Positions 16,576-27,004 of a DNA stretch of 64,000 nucleotides are shown here, piece by piece. The position numbers were made by a program, and so were the translations under genes. Source of the DNA: Candidatus Nanoarchaeia archaeon (lineage in GTDB: Archaea > Nanobdellota > Nanobdellia > SCGC-AAA011-G17 > JAFCDX01). Under the pieces are notes generated by a model. It made no database searches, was not told the origin of the DNA, and saw only the letters and a program-made list of their open reading frames with translations. The DNA lies in assembly GCA_028716945.1 (NCBI GenBank), contig JAQUOT010000001.1, positions 283,280 through 347,279 of the forward strand, written 5' to 3'. Each line of letters opens with the position of its first letter. Position 1 is the stretch's first letter.

Positions 16576-18858
16576 TTATCCAAAATACTCTTGTCTATTC
16601 TCAAGTGTAGCACTTCTTGCTTTTTTCAAATACTGCTCTTCAATTGCCTTATAACGTTTCAAGTCATCTTCTGAAACAGAAGGTTTTGTTTTTTCAAGAG
16701 CTTTTTCAAACATTTCCATTCCAATTTCATTAGCCTTAAGATCCATTCTTAAAGTTAATAATCCAGCTTCTCTGCAAAGTCCTTCAATATCTGCTCCCAT
16801 AAATCCTTCTGTCAATTCTGCTAACTTATCAAGTTTAACATCTTTAGCCAAAGGCATTTTAGCAGTATGTAATTTTAATATCTGTAATCTTGATTCTTTG
16901 TCAGGCATTCCTGTAAATATAATTCTATCAAATCTTCCTGGTCTAAGTAAAGCAGGATCAATCAAATCAGGCCTGTTAGTAGCAGCTATTACAACAATAT
17001 CAGATAATTCTTCAAGTCCATCCATTTCAGTTAATATAGTATTAACAACTCTTTCTGTCACACCATTATCAGATCCTTGTCCACCTCTTCTTGGTGCAAT
17101 AGAATCTATTTCATCAAAAAATACAATAGCAGGACTAGCTTGTCTTGCTTTTTCAAATATTTTTCTAACACCTTTTTCAGATTCTCCAACAAATTTATCT
17201 AATAACTCAGGACCTCTAACTAAAATAAAATTAGCTTGAGATTCATTTGCAACAGCTTTAGCAAGTAAAGTCTTTCCTGTTCCAGGAGGACCATAAATTA
17301 AAACTCCTTTTGTAGCTTTTATTCCTAATTTGGAAAAAGCTTTAGGATTTTTCAATGGTAATTCAACTGCTTCTTTTAATTCTTGTTTTAATTCTTCTAG
17401 TCCACCAATGTCAAACCAGTGAACATTTGGAATTTCAACTAGTACTTCACGCATAGCACTAGGTCTAACAATTTTTAAAGCATTTTTAAAATCATCCATA
17501 GTAATTTTTAATTTATTAAGAACTTCTTTTGGTAAAGCTTCTTTTTCTTTTAATTTTATTGAAGGCAATATATTTCTTAATACACTCATTGCAGCTTCTT
17601 TACATAAACTTTCTACATCAGCACCAACAAAACCATGAGTAATTTCAGCCAAGTTTTCTAAATTAACATCTTCTGTTAATGGCATGTTTCTTGTATGAAT
17701 TTTTAAAATATTTAATCTTCCAATTTTATTTGGAATTCCAATTTGTATTTCTCTGTCAAATCTACCAGGTCTACGTAAAGCAGGATCAATTGAATTTGGT
17801 CTATTAGTAGCACCAATAACAACAACATTACCTCTACCTTTTAATCCATCCATCATTGTTAATAATTGTGAAACAACTCTTCTTTCAACTTCACCTTGAA
17901 CTTCTTCTCTTTTTGGAGCAATAGCATCAATTTCATCAATAAATATTATAGAAGGTGCACTTTTTTCTGCTTCTTCAAAAATAGCTCTTACTTTTTTTTC
18001 TGATTCTCCATAAAATTTATTCATTATTTCAGGACCATTAATCAACATGAAGTTTGCTTCTGTTTCTGATGCAACGGCCTTAGCTAATAATGTTTTTCCT
18101 GTTCCAGGTGGCCCATGTAATAAAACTCCTTTTGGAGGATCAATTCCAAGAGCCTTGAATAATTCAGGATGTCTCATTGGTAGTTCAATCATTTCTCTAA
18201 CTTTTTTTACTTCTTCTTCTAATCCACCAACATCTTCATAAGTAACATCAATAACTTTTGTATCTTCATCAACTTCCATTGCTTTTGGATTAACTTTTAT
18301 CTGAGTATTTTCAGTAATTATAACTCCGTCTTTAGGCGCAGTATTAATAACAACAAACTTTAATCCACCCATTCCAAAATTTCCAAAATTAGATTCAAAT
18401 ACATCAAAAATATCTTCAAAAGGACTTCCACTAAAAGTTCTTCTTCTCCTAGCTCCACCACCAAGAGAAATTTGATCTCCTTTTACAACCGCTCTTCCAA
18501 GTAATCCATTTTTAAAAACTTCAGGATCTGCTTGAACCATAATTCCTTGTTGTGCAGGAGCGATTGTAATGCTTTTTGCTTCTTTAATATCTGCTTTTCT
18601 TATTGTAACAAATTCTCCAATAGAAGTTTTTGCATTTTTTCTTATAATACCATCCATTCTAATAACAGATTGACCAACATCAGTAGGATAAGCTCTATCA
18701 ACAATACCAACTGTTTTCTTTCCTGATTCAATTTCTATAATATCACCTACATGAACACCAATATCTTTCATGGTTTGAGCATCAATTCTAACAATACCTT
18801 TGTATGCTTCTTCCTGCAGCGCTTCCATAACTTTTAATTTGACTTCACTCATTTTCAA
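16576..18858 (-). CDS. cdc48: Cdc48/VCP-like AAA+ ATPase
   Basis: 760 aa. N-domain followed by two AAA modules, each with Walker A GPPGTGKT, Walker B (IIFIDEIDA / IVFFDEIDS) and ATNRP...D.AL.RPGRFD. Confidence 0.95.
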   Translation of the reverse strand: MKMSEVKLKVMEALQEEAYKGIVRIDAQTMKDIGVHVGDIIEIESGKKTVGIVDRAYPTDVGQSVIRMDGIIRKNAKTSIGEFVTIRKADIKEAKSITIAPAQQGIMVQADPEVFKNGLLGRAVVKGDQISLGGGARRRRTFSGSPFEDIFDVFESNFGNFGMGGLKFVVINTAPKDGVIITENTQIKVNPKAMEVDEDTKVIDVTYEDVGGLEEEVKKVREMIELPMRHPELFKALGIDPPKGVLLHGPPGTGKTLLAKAVASETEANFMLINGPEIMNKFYGESEKKVRAIFEEAEKSAPSIIFIDEIDAIAPKREEVQGEVERRVVSQLLTMMDGLKGRGNVVVIGATNRPNSIDPALRRPGRFDREIQIGIPNKIGRLNILKIHTRNMPLTEDVNLENLAEITHGFVGADVESLCKEAAMSVLRNILPSIKLKEKEALPKEVLNKLKITMDDFKNALKIVRPSAMREVLVEIPNVHWFDIGGLEELKQELKEAVELPLKNPKAFSKLGIKATKGVLIYGPPGTGKTLLAKAVANESQANFILVRGPELLDKFVGESEKGVRKIFEKARQASPAIVFFDEIDSIAPRRGGQGSDNGVTERVVNTILTEMDGLEELSDIVVIAATNRPDLIDPALLRPGRFDRIIFTGMPDKESRLQILKLHTAKMPLAKDVKLDKLAELTEGFMGADIEGLCREAGLLTLRMDLKANEIGMEMFEKALEKTKPSVSEDDLKRYKAIEEQYLKKARSATLENRQEYFG

Positions 18859-19378
18859 GTTCCTTTTTGTTTTTGTTTGACTTTATTAATCTAATCTTTT
18901 TTGTAATAAATCCATTTGGTAATTTTCTAGTTTCAGCTTTTTCAGTAACAATGTTTCCATCTTTTTCAATTGTTCTTTCATAATTTCCTTCAGGACCAAA
19001 ATTCAAGGATAAAGTATTTGCTTCTTTAAACGCTAAAGTAACCATTCTGTTCATTCTTTCCATATCTTCCTTCATTTTCTTATGAATTTGTTCAAAAGGA
19101 TCTTTTTGCTCTTCTTCCTCATTGAAAAAATCTATAATTTCCTTAGGAATAGATACTGTATAAGAATTACCAACCATTCTTAATTTAACATTGAATTGCT
19201 TTTTCTTTATTCTATTGAATTCATTATATTTTTCTACATCCACCGGATGGAATAATATATTTCCACATTTAGGACATTCTAGAATTCTAATTTGAAAACC
19301 CTCTTTAACCATAGTTTTCTTTGTAGTTAAAGTATTACACTTTTCACACAAAACCTTTGAATCAAATATATCTTTCAT
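18845..19378 (-). CDS. YgiT/MqsA-type zinc-ribbon plus SpoVT/AbrB-like domain protein
   Basis: CEKC...x20...ECPKCGN zinc ribbon, then [17 protein letters not shown] (AbrB-type swapped-hairpin signature). ATG at 19378 preferred over the GTG at 19387. 14-nt overlap with the cdc48 start. Confidence 0.55.
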   Translation of the reverse strand: MKDIFDSKVLCEKCNTLTTKKTMVKEGFQIRILECPKCGNILFHPVDVEKYNEFNRIKKKQFNVKLRMVGNSYTVSIPKEIIDFFNEEEEQKDPFEQIHKKMKEDMERMNRMVTLAFKEANTLSLNFGPEGNYERTIEKDGNIVTEKAETRKLPNGFITKKIRLIKSNKNKKELENE

Positions 19379-19379
19379 G

Positions 19380-19399
19380 GTATACACTTCTGTGTATAC
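19380..19399. promoter_or_regulatory. palindrome GTATACAC-TTCT-GTGTATAC between TATA box and start codon
   Basis: Perfect 8-bp arms with a 4-nt spacer, immediately upstream of the ATG at 19378 and downstream of a TATATATAAAT box (~19405-19418). Confidence 0.4.
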
Positions 19400-19478
19400 A
19401 CAACTTATATATAAATCTTGCGAAAGTTTGGAACAATTTATAAATTTTTAGTAACCTACTCGATAAAAGGTTAATAAT

Positions 19479-20066
19479 ATGAAAATTGCAGTAGATTTAG
19501 ATGAAGTTCTTGGAGAGCTTTTATCTCCGGTATTAGTTTATTACAATCAAAGATTTAATAAAAATTTAGATATAAATCAATTTCACTGCTATAATTTTTG
19601 GGAAGTTTGGGGTGGAACAAAACAGGAAGCCATACAAATCGTAAATGATTTCTTTACAGAAGGTCATTCTGAAAATATAAAACCTATTCCTGGTGCACAA
19701 CAAGCAATAAATATATTAAAAAATAAGCGCAATTTAATTATAGTTACTTCTAGAGGGGATAACCTTCGTGCTTATACAGAAAAATGGATTAATAAATCTT
19801 ATCCAAAATCTTTTTCAGAAATTTATTTTAGTAATGATTTTTCAGCAAATAATGGAAATGTAAAAAAATCTGAAATTTGTAAAAAATTAGGTGTAAACCT
19901 CATCATAGAAGATAATTTACATTATGCTTTGGACTGTTCTAAAGAAGGAATAATCTCAATATTATTGGATAAACCTTGGAATAAACAATCAGAAAATTAT
20001 GAAAGAGTTTTTCGTGTTAATAATTGGGACGATATATTACACCTTATGCCTAAAAAAGTAATTTAG
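19479..20066 (+). CDS. HAD-superfamily 5'(3')-deoxyribonucleotidase-like protein
   Basis: 195 aa. N-terminal DxDxV motif (IAVDLDEVL), IIVTSR motif II, late IIEDN acidic motif. Confidence 0.6.
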   Translation: MKIAVDLDEVLGELLSPVLVYYNQRFNKNLDINQFHCYNFWEVWGGTKQEAIQIVNDFFTEGHSENIKPIPGAQQAINILKNKRNLIIVTSRGDNLRAYTEKWINKSYPKSFSEIYFSNDFSANNGNVKKSEICKKLGVNLIIEDNLHYALDCSKEGIISILLDKPWNKQSENYERVFRVNNWDDILHLMPKKVI

Positions 20067-20086
20067 AAAATTATTAGTTATTCATC

Positions 20087-20437
20087 TTACCTTAACCCTG
20101 CTTTTTCTAAGGTTTTATTTAAAGATTCGTACCAAAAATCATGAGGGCGAAAATGTCCAGTTGAACAATCAGCCCCATAAAACATTATTTTCCCATCTTC
20201 TATTGTAATTTGGTCTTTTCGTGCTTGATATGTTTGTATAAATTCTGTAGATCTTCTGGCTTTTGGGATTAAAAATTGAAATTCTCCATTAGGAGTTTTT
20301 TTGTGATATACTGCTTTTCCTTCTTCTCTAGTTTCTTTACTATTCCAATCAGAACGAACTATAGCTATAACCACATCTCCAGGTATTAATAAATCCAAAT
20401 CTTCTAAACTTTCTAAAGGTTCTGGTTTATTTGCCAT
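20087..20437 (-). CDS. hypothetical protein
   Basis: 116-aa ORF. No family recognised. Confidence 0.45.
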   Translation of the reverse strand: MANKPEPLESLEDLDLLIPGDVVIAIVRSDWNSKETREEGKAVYHKKTPNGEFQFLIPKARRSTEFIQTYQARKDQITIEDGKIMFYGADCSTGHFRPHDFWYESLNKTLEKAGLR

Positions 20438-20487
20438 ATCTAAAACAACACCTAAAATTATTTAAATTTAATCAAATCTTTAATTCT

Positions 20488-21090
20488 ATGGAAATAATAA
20501 AAGATAGAGGTATTACAATTGCATACGGTCCTGCAGGTTCAGGAAAAACTACTTTTGCTATACATCAAGTTATTAACAAATTAAAATTAGGTAAAAAAGT
20601 AATGTATATTGATACCGAAAGAACATTATCCATAGATAGATTAAAGCAAATTGGAGGAAAAGACATTAATTTAGATAATTTATTTGTATTAAAAGTTGCT
20701 AATTTCAAAGACCAACAAATAAAAATAAATGAATTAAACAATATGAAGAATAATTTTGGATTAATTGTATTTGATAGTCTAAATAATCATTATAGGTCTT
20801 TAACAAATTCAAAACCAGATTTAGCTCATAGAATGTTAATCAATCAGTTAAATACAATAAAAAAACTATCAGAAATTACTCCAATTTTAATTTTAAATCA
20901 AGTTTATGCAAATCCTGCAACAAATGAAATAAAAATGGTTGGTCATGAGATACAATCAAGATATGCAGATGAATTAATAGAATTAAAAATGAGCCCATAT
21001 AATCCTTCTGGACCAAAAAAATTAATTTTTAAAAGTTCTAACAAAGAGGTTGTTTATGATATTGTGAAAGAAGGTATTAGGGTTATTTAG
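20488..21090 (+). CDS. radB: RadB-like RecA-superfamily ATPase
   Basis: GITIAYGPAGSGKTTFAIH Walker A, YIDTERTLSIDRL, LIVFDSL Walker B. Short RadB-like length. ATG at 20488 fits a TATA box at ~20460. Confidence 0.72.
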   Translation: MEIIKDRGITIAYGPAGSGKTTFAIHQVINKLKLGKKVMYIDTERTLSIDRLKQIGGKDINLDNLFVLKVANFKDQQIKINELNNMKNNFGLIVFDSLNNHYRSLTNSKPDLAHRMLINQLNTIKKLSEITPILILNQVYANPATNEIKMVGHEIQSRYADELIELKMSPYNPSGPKKLIFKSSNKEVVYDIVKEGIRVI

Positions 21091-21508
21091 ATTCTTTCCA
21101 TTTTTCATATCCTTTAGAAAATTTCAATTTTTCGTTATATGCAAAAGATATAAGTGTCATTGCAAAACCTAAGGTAAATCCTACTATTCCTCCATACTGA
21201 TTTTTCCATTGATGATTATAATCATTTAATTGTTCTTGATAAATTGGAGAACTTTTTTCTGTTCTTAATTCTTTATTAAGTTGAACTACTCTTTTTTCAA
21301 GATATTCACTATTATCTGATTTTATTCCATTTAGAACTGCATTAAACTCTTTTTCTTTTTGTATTACAATTGATAATTCTTTAGAAGGTTTTGATATTTG
21401 TAAAAGCTGGGATGTAGAATAAGTCGTCATTCCTCCCCCAACCAAAGATATTCCAAAACTAACCCAAAATGCAGCAGTTGCTAATTTTATTTTTTTAGAA
21501 TAGTTCAT
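21083..21508 (-). CDS. hypothetical membrane protein
   Basis: Two TM helices flanking a charged helical region. The internal ATG at 21508 avoids a 35-nt overlap with the upstream gene. Confidence 0.45.
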   Translation of the reverse strand: MNYSKKIKLATAAFWVSFGISLVGGGMTTYSTSQLLQISKPSKELSIVIQKEKEFNAVLNGIKSDNSEYLEKRVVQLNKELRTEKSSPIYQEQLNDYNHQWKNQYGGIVGFTLGFAMTLISFAYNEKLKFSKGYEKWKESK

Positions 21509-21524
21509 TTTTATTTGGTTTAAT

Positions 21525-22157
21525 TTATGGTTGTGTATATTTATATTTTCCTTCTCCAAGAGGATTAAAATAAGTTTCTAAAGCTTTTTCTAAGCTTCCG
21601 TAAACAGCCTTTATTAGTTTTACATCACCAATATCTGCTATTCTTCCTTCCATTTGAGTAGAAAGTTGTAAATCTGGAGTTATAACATCTCTATCTCTAA
21701 AAATATATGATATCTTTCCTTTAAAAGAATCCTTAAACTCTGAAGAAAATATTCTTTCTACACCAGGTGTATCTAAAGTAATTGATGGAGGCGAACCTGG
21801 AGAAGTTGTTGATTGTGCATGATAAGGAGGGTTAGATAAAGTAATTATACTTTTTCTATCCGAGTTAGTATATTTTACATTACCAGGAACGTAGCTTAAA
21901 TTTATTCCACTCTTCCAACGATTAAGTTCTACTTGTAAAAGTTTAACTACTATATTACATAAAAAGGTCTGTCTTTCTATTTCTAAAGCGTACATCTGTT
22001 CTGTTTTTTCTTCTTGCATTTTTATTTTTAATTCAGAAACTGGATTTGGCTCTACTAATTTTAATATGGAATCAAATAACTTTAGGTTTTGTGCACTAAA
22101 TTGATTAAATAATTTTGCAGAAGGGTACAATATTTTGTGTATATCTTTTATTGCCAT
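21525..22157 (-). CDS. hypothetical protein
   Basis: 210-aa ORF preceded by the conserved two-hairpin leader at 22167..22205. Confidence 0.5.
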   Translation of the reverse strand: MAIKDIHKILYPSAKLFNQFSAQNLKLFDSILKLVEPNPVSELKIKMQEEKTEQMYALEIERQTFLCNIVVKLLQVELNRWKSGINLSYVPGNVKYTNSDRKSIITLSNPPYHAQSTTSPGSPPSITLDTPGVERIFSSEFKDSFKGKISYIFRDRDVITPDLQLSTQMEGRIADIGDVKLIKAVYGSLEKALETYFNPLGEGKYKYTQP

Positions 22158-22166
22158 TTTTAAATA

Positions 22167-22205
22167 TCTCAGAAGTAAATCTGAGGCCTTACACCTCTTA
22201 GTTTT
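22167..22205 (-). promoter_or_regulatory. conserved 5' leader motif, copy 1
   Basis: Minus strand reads AAAACTAAGAGGTGTAAGGCCTCAGATTTACTTCTGAGA, ~10 nt before the ATG at 22157. Homologous to 61186..61225 and 62243..62283. Confidence 0.55.
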
Positions 22206-22229
22206 ACTATATAAGAAAAATATATAAAC

Positions 22230-24449
22230 CTATTCTTTTATCTTAACAATTAAGGATTCTGCATGCTTGCATTTAGGATATTTTGGACAAGCCAAGAAAT
22301 AACCATAAAATCCTTTTCTAACTATTAATGGAGACTTGCAATTAGGACATTCTTTTTTTAATTTTCCAGATTCATAATCTTTTACTATTTTTTCAGTTTC
22401 TTTATCTGCTTGTCTTGTTTCACATTCAGGATTAATACACATTATCTGAGGTCTTTTAGCTTTTTTAATTATCATAACCATTGGGAATCCACATTTAACA
22501 CAAGTTTGTTTTGCTGGTTTGATAAATCCAGACGGTAATGAAAATGTAGTTTTACAATCAGGATATTGATTACAAGCTACAAAATTACCAAATTTACCTT
22601 TTCTTAATTCTAAGTTTCCTTTTTTACATACATGACAAGGACCTAAGGTAGATTCTTCAATTCTTGTTTCTATATTTGCTTCTGCTAGTAATTTTCCAAT
22701 TTTTAATTCATTTTCCTTGAAATGATCTAATATTTTAGTTAAAGCTTTTTTAGCTCCATCAAGAACTTTTTCTTTTTTAATTTTTCCTTCACGAATTTCT
22801 TCCATTTCTTCTTCAAAAGTTCTGGTTAAATTCTCATCTAGTATTTCAGGACAATATTTTTCAAGAGTTTCTACTGTTTTCATTCCTAAATTAGTAACTT
22901 CAATAGATTTTTCTTTAGCATAATTTCTATCATACAAAGTAGAGATAATTTCTGCTCTTGTAGCTTTAGTTCCTAGATTTCTTTTTTCTAATTCTTTAAT
23001 CAAAGAAGCTTCTGAGTATCTATTTGGTGGAGTTGTTTCCTTATCATAGATTTTAGTTTTAGGAGTTTTAATTTCATCTTTTTCCTTAGCCAAAGGCAAT
23101 TCTTCTTCTTTTAATTTAACAAATTTACCATATAATTCATGCCATCCTTTTACTTTTGTAGTAGTTCCTGATAAACTAAACAATTCATCATTGCAATTTA
23201 TTTCATAAGTTACTGATTCTCTGATAGCAGGATCTCCAAAACAAACAAAGAATCTTCTTACAATCAATTCATATACATTTTCAGCTCTTGGATCTAATTT
23301 TCCAGGCAATTCTCCTGTTGGAAATATTGCTGGGTGAGCAGGATCATCTTTTTTACCTTCTGTAGGTTTTAATTCTTTTTTAGCTAATAAAAATGCAACT
23401 TCTGTTGGAAATCTTTTCTTTAAATTCTTTAAAATTTCTTCATAACCGATTGATTTTGGTAATTTTTGTGAAGAAGTTCTAGGATAAGAAATATATGAAC
23501 CCGTATAAAGATTCTGAGCAATTTCTAAAGTTGTTTTTGGACTTAAACCAAGAGTTTTATACGCTTCTAATTGTAAACTTGTCAAATCAAAAGGTAATAA
23601 TGGTTCTTGTTTAATTTCTCTTTTAGTTATACTTGAAATAAATGCTTCTTTTCCTTTAGTTTTTTTAATTATTTCTTCTGCGTCTTTCTTATTTTTGAAA
23701 ATTCCTTTTTTATGAAATGCTTCTATTAAAGTTGTTTTTAATTTACCACAAAGAGATACTTCCCAATAAGGTTCTGGCTTGAATTTTTTAATTTCTAGTT
23801 CTCTTTGATATAATAAATATAAAGCAGGTCCTTGAACTCTACCAGAAGACATTATTTTAAATGATTTTGTTGCATTTTTTATAGAAAGGGTTAATGCTCT
23901 CGACAAATTTATACCCCACAGCCAGTCAAGCGAATGACGTGCCTCTCCTGCTTCTGCTAAATTAAAATCTAGATGTGGTTTTGCTTCTTCATATGCTTTT
24001 ACTAAATCTTGTTTTGTTAAAGTTGAGAAATAAGCTCTTTTTGTATCGTCTTTTTCAAAAATAAATCTATTAACGTTTTTAAAAATAACTTCTCCTTCTG
24101 TATCTACATCACACATGTTTACAAAAGTATCTGCTTCTTTTCCTAATTTTTTTAATAAATCAATATAAGGTTTTGTAAATGCTGCTAATTTAGAAGATTT
24201 GTATATAGGCACCCATTCATAACTAAATACCGGATAAGTCCAGGCTTTTTTATCTTTTTCATACAATCCAAATAAATGACCTACTGCAGAACAAACAAAT
24301 ATTTTTTTATTTTTGTGAGTAATTTCATAATAAGGAACTTTTTTATAAATATGTTTTTCTGGTTTTCCATCTGACAAAGCTTCTGCTATTTTTGAAGCTG
24401 CATCTGGTTTTTCTGCTAGTATTAATTCTGTCATAAGAGACAATTTCAA
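22230..24449 (-). CDS. topA: type IA DNA topoisomerase (TopA / Topo III-like) with C-terminal zinc ribbons
   Basis: 739 aa. TOPRIM start LILAEKPDAA, active-site region ISYPRTSS, and several CxxC...CxxC ribbons at the C-terminus. Confidence 0.9.
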   Translation of the reverse strand: MKLSLMTELILAEKPDAASKIAEALSDGKPEKHIYKKVPYYEITHKNKKIFVCSAVGHLFGLYEKDKKAWTYPVFSYEWVPIYKSSKLAAFTKPYIDLLKKLGKEADTFVNMCDVDTEGEVIFKNVNRFIFEKDDTKRAYFSTLTKQDLVKAYEEAKPHLDFNLAEAGEARHSLDWLWGINLSRALTLSIKNATKSFKIMSSGRVQGPALYLLYQRELEIKKFKPEPYWEVSLCGKLKTTLIEAFHKKGIFKNKKDAEEIIKKTKGKEAFISSITKREIKQEPLLPFDLTSLQLEAYKTLGLSPKTTLEIAQNLYTGSYISYPRTSSQKLPKSIGYEEILKNLKKRFPTEVAFLLAKKELKPTEGKKDDPAHPAIFPTGELPGKLDPRAENVYELIVRRFFVCFGDPAIRESVTYEINCNDELFSLSGTTTKVKGWHELYGKFVKLKEEELPLAKEKDEIKTPKTKIYDKETTPPNRYSEASLIKELEKRNLGTKATRAEIISTLYDRNYAKEKSIEVTNLGMKTVETLEKYCPEILDENLTRTFEEEMEEIREGKIKKEKVLDGAKKALTKILDHFKENELKIGKLLAEANIETRIEESTLGPCHVCKKGNLELRKGKFGNFVACNQYPDCKTTFSLPSGFIKPAKQTCVKCGFPMVMIIKKAKRPQIMCINPECETRQADKETEKIVKDYESGKLKKECPNCKSPLIVRKGFYGYFLACPKYPKCKHAESLIVKIKE

Positions 24450-24556
24450 AAGAAAACTATTTAAAGCTTTTCAAAACCGCTTATTTTTCATATATTTCAA
24501 AAAAGCTATTATTTTTTAGATAAATGTTTAAAAAGAGACTAATCATTTAATATTCA

Positions 24557-24790
24557 ATGATAGAAGAAAATACATACCTTTATTTTTATCAATATACTAG
24601 TGATACAAATTTTAGATGGGTAAATCTTCTTTCTGGAAAATATGCAAAACTTTCTAATGTAAAATTAAATGAATTAGAAGGAATAATTTTTACTGAAAAA
24701 GAAATAACTGGAACGGATTTAAGGTTTCCAATAACTCAAGAAGACGAAATATTAAAAAAATATGTTGGACGAAAAATTGAATTTAATTAA
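24557..24790 (+). CDS. hypothetical protein
   Basis: 77-aa ORF. No family recognised. Confidence 0.35.
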   Translation: MIEENTYLYFYQYTSDTNFRWVNLLSGKYAKLSNVKLNELEGIIFTEKEITGTDLRFPITQEDEILKKYVGRKIEFN

Positions 24791-24791
24791 A

Positions 24792-25631
24792 CTATCTAAA
24801 CTTATTAAGTTCTTCCAGTCTTTTTTCTGCTCCTATGGATTGAGAAAACATTTTCCAAAATATTTTTGACATCCACTCTGCCCATTCCTTATCTTTGATA
24901 GTATAAAATATAAATAATCTTTTATCAAGCTCTTTAACTTTTCCCGTTGGTTCTATTATTTCTTTTATATCAATTATTTCATTGTCTATTATTGTTGCTC
25001 TTAAAGGTTGTTTTCTGTTTCTTATTTCAATTAGTTGTTTTTTATATTTAAAATTCAAAGAAAGAAGCTCTTCTACATTGTCTCTTCCAGAAATATCTAT
25101 TCTACAAATAACTTTTATAGGAATTCCTTTTTTAACTAATTGTTCTATAGTATCAAAAATTCTTCTTGTTTTAGTTTTTGTGTGTATGAACGAAAGATTT
25201 CCAGAAAAAAATAGAACTTGTTTTTTTGCTGCTATTAGCATATCTAAAAATCTATCTAAATTTCCTGCATTATCCTCATTTATTGCTTTTTTTGAATATA
25301 ATTTTTTATTTTTATTTGAAACGTGCTGATATATATCAAAAGCAGAAAAATCCTCTTTTTCCTTGCCTTGCATTATCTCTTGTTCTAATTGTTCTTGAAA
25401 AATAGAATTGCTTATCTTTTCTACAGAACTCCAATATACTATTTTTAATGCCCCTCTTGTATCTTTTCTAAATATCCTTGTTGTTATGGTTCCATAATTC
25501 TTTTCTATTTCTTGTACATATCTATCTGCAGTTCTCCAGTTTTTATTGAGTAATTGTGCTATTTCTTGTATAGACCTTGGTTTAGAATAAACAAAATCTT
25601 CTATTTTTTTAATTTCTTCTGAACTAAGCAT
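24792..25631 (-). CDS. TrmB-like winged-helix regulator (N-terminal wHTH plus C-terminal domain)
   Basis: 279 aa. N-terminal KPRSIQEIAQLLNKNWRTADRYVQEIE helix-turn-helix. Divergent from the radical-SAM operon. Confidence 0.5.
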   Translation of the reverse strand: MLSSEEIKKIEDFVYSKPRSIQEIAQLLNKNWRTADRYVQEIEKNYGTITTRIFRKDTRGALKIVYWSSVEKISNSIFQEQLEQEIMQGKEKEDFSAFDIYQHVSNKNKKLYSKKAINEDNAGNLDRFLDMLIAAKKQVLFFSGNLSFIHTKTKTRRIFDTIEQLVKKGIPIKVICRIDISGRDNVEELLSLNFKYKKQLIEIRNRKQPLRATIIDNEIIDIKEIIEPTGKVKELDKRLFIFYTIKDKEWAEWMSKIFWKMFSQSIGAEKRLEELNKFR

Positions 25632-25734
25632 AATTTATGAATATTTTATTATTTTTAAGGGTTTCTATTTATACAACACTATGGACAACTTTTGTACAAA
25701 AACAAGTATATAGATTACAAGTCCATTATATAGT

Positions 25735-26019
25735 ATGACAAAGAACGAAGGCGAATGCAGAGTTTGTGGAACTAAATATGTAGTCAGTGAGCATAAAGTT
25801 CAAAGTGATTCTCATTTTTTTTATGAAGAATATTTTAGGTGCCCTTCTTGTAATTATAACCCGGAATTAGATAATAATATTAGAGAAATTTTATTTGAAA
25901 AAATAAGATTGAATATTACCATAGGACCAAAAAAACCTATACTTTCTTTCAATAAACAAGAACTAGAAGGATTGATTCTTGAAGAAATTAAAAAGTGTTG
26001 GCCGGAGGTGAAAAAATAA
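25735..26019 (+). CDS. small zinc-ribbon protein
   Basis: 94 aa with CRVC...x25...CPSC. First gene of the overlapping five-gene operon. Confidence 0.5.
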   Translation: MTKNEGECRVCGTKYVVSEHKVQSDSHFFYEEYFRCPSCNYNPELDNNIREILFEKIRLNITIGPKKPILSFNKQELEGLILEEIKKCWPEVKK

Positions 26020-26528
26020 AATATGTAATCGCAGGTGGTTCGTGTTCTGGAAAAACAACATTAATTAATGAATTAAATAAAAAAGGATATTTTGTATTAG
26101 GAGAAGTAGCAAGGGAAGTTATAAAAGAGAGAGGATTTACAGATTCTTCGATAGGAAATTTTGAATTTGAAAAAGAAATATTATTAAGACAAATTAAACG
26201 AGAAGAAGGATTAGATAATAATAAAATTATATTCTTAGATAGAGGTTCTATAGACACTTTAGCCTATGTTGAAAAAATATTTGGAAGCATACCTGAAGAA
26301 TTTGAATATTATGCAAGTCTTTGTAAATATGATAAAATATTAATCCCAGATTTGCTGCCTTTTGTATTTGATGGGGAAAGAATAGAAAAAAGTAAAGATG
26401 AAGCAGTAATTCTACACCAAAAAATATGGAACCAATATGAAAAGCATGGATATTCTCCAATAAGAATTCCTGTTCTTAAAACAATAGAAGAAAGAGTAAA
26501 TTATGTTCTGGAGCAAATAAAATGTTAG
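25995..26528 (+). CDS. AAA_28 / NadR-like P-loop NTPase (putative nucleoside/nucleotide kinase)
   Basis: IAGGSCSGKTTLINEL Walker A directly followed by GYFVLGEVAREVI, then FLDRGSIDTLAY and DGERIEKSKDEA, the pattern of the AAA_28 family. The start is uncertain (GTG 25995 / TTG 25998). A GGAGGTGA SD lies at 26004..26011. Confidence 0.72.
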   Translation: MLAGGEKIKYVIAGGSCSGKTTLINELNKKGYFVLGEVAREVIKERGFTDSSIGNFEFEKEILLRQIKREEGLDNNKIIFLDRGSIDTLAYVEKIFGSIPEEFEYYASLCKYDKILIPDLLPFVFDGERIEKSKDEAVILHQKIWNQYEKHGYSPIRIPVLKTIEERVNYVLEQIKC

Positions 26529-27004
26529 AAATAGAAGCAAAAATAAAAATATCTGAAGAAGAAAAAGAAAATTTAATTAAAAAATTAGGTAAACCCAAAT
26601 TTTACAAGCAAGAGAATGTTTTCTTTGGTTTAGAAGATAAGATAATAAGACATAGAACTTTAGATAACGGAATTTTATTAACTATAAAAGGAAAAAATGA
26701 ACCTTGTGATTTCAATAAAAGAGAAGAAACTGAAATAGAACTACCTTATAATCATGAAGTAATAAAACTTTTATTTGAAGTAATTGGTTTAAAGAAATTA
26801 TTAACTTATGAAAAACAAAGAGCAAATTATAAAATAAATAGGTGTACTGTCTCCTTAGATATTCTTACAATAGGAAATTATGTAGAAATTGAAGGTCAAG
26901 AAGAAGATATCTCAAAAACAATAAACTTTCTAGGATTAGAAAAATATCCAATAGAAAAAAGATCTTATTTTGAAATGTTAGGAGGTGAAAATGGCTTGCA
27001 TTGA
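26522..27004 (+). CDS. CYTH-domain protein (CyaB/ThTPase-type triphosphate tunnel metalloenzyme)
   Basis: 160 aa starting MLEIEAKIKI (the ExExK signature), with later RHR, TIKG, ETEIEL and YVEIEG beta-strand acidic/basic pairs. Confidence 0.75.
   Translation: MLEIEAKIKISEEEKENLIKKLGKPKFYKQENVFFGLEDKIIRHRTLDNGILLTIKGKNEPCDFNKREETEIELPYNHEVIKLLFEVIGLKKLLTYEKQRANYKINRCTVSLDILTIGNYVEIEGQEEDISKTINFLGLEKYPIEKRSYFEMLGGENGLH

Noticed and set aside
16898-18726. Antisense ORFs inside cdc48 (16898..17239, 18047..18241, 18532..18726)
   Set aside because: They lie opposite a strongly conserved AAA+ gene and are Ser/Ile/Asn-rich shadow frames typical of AT-rich DNA.
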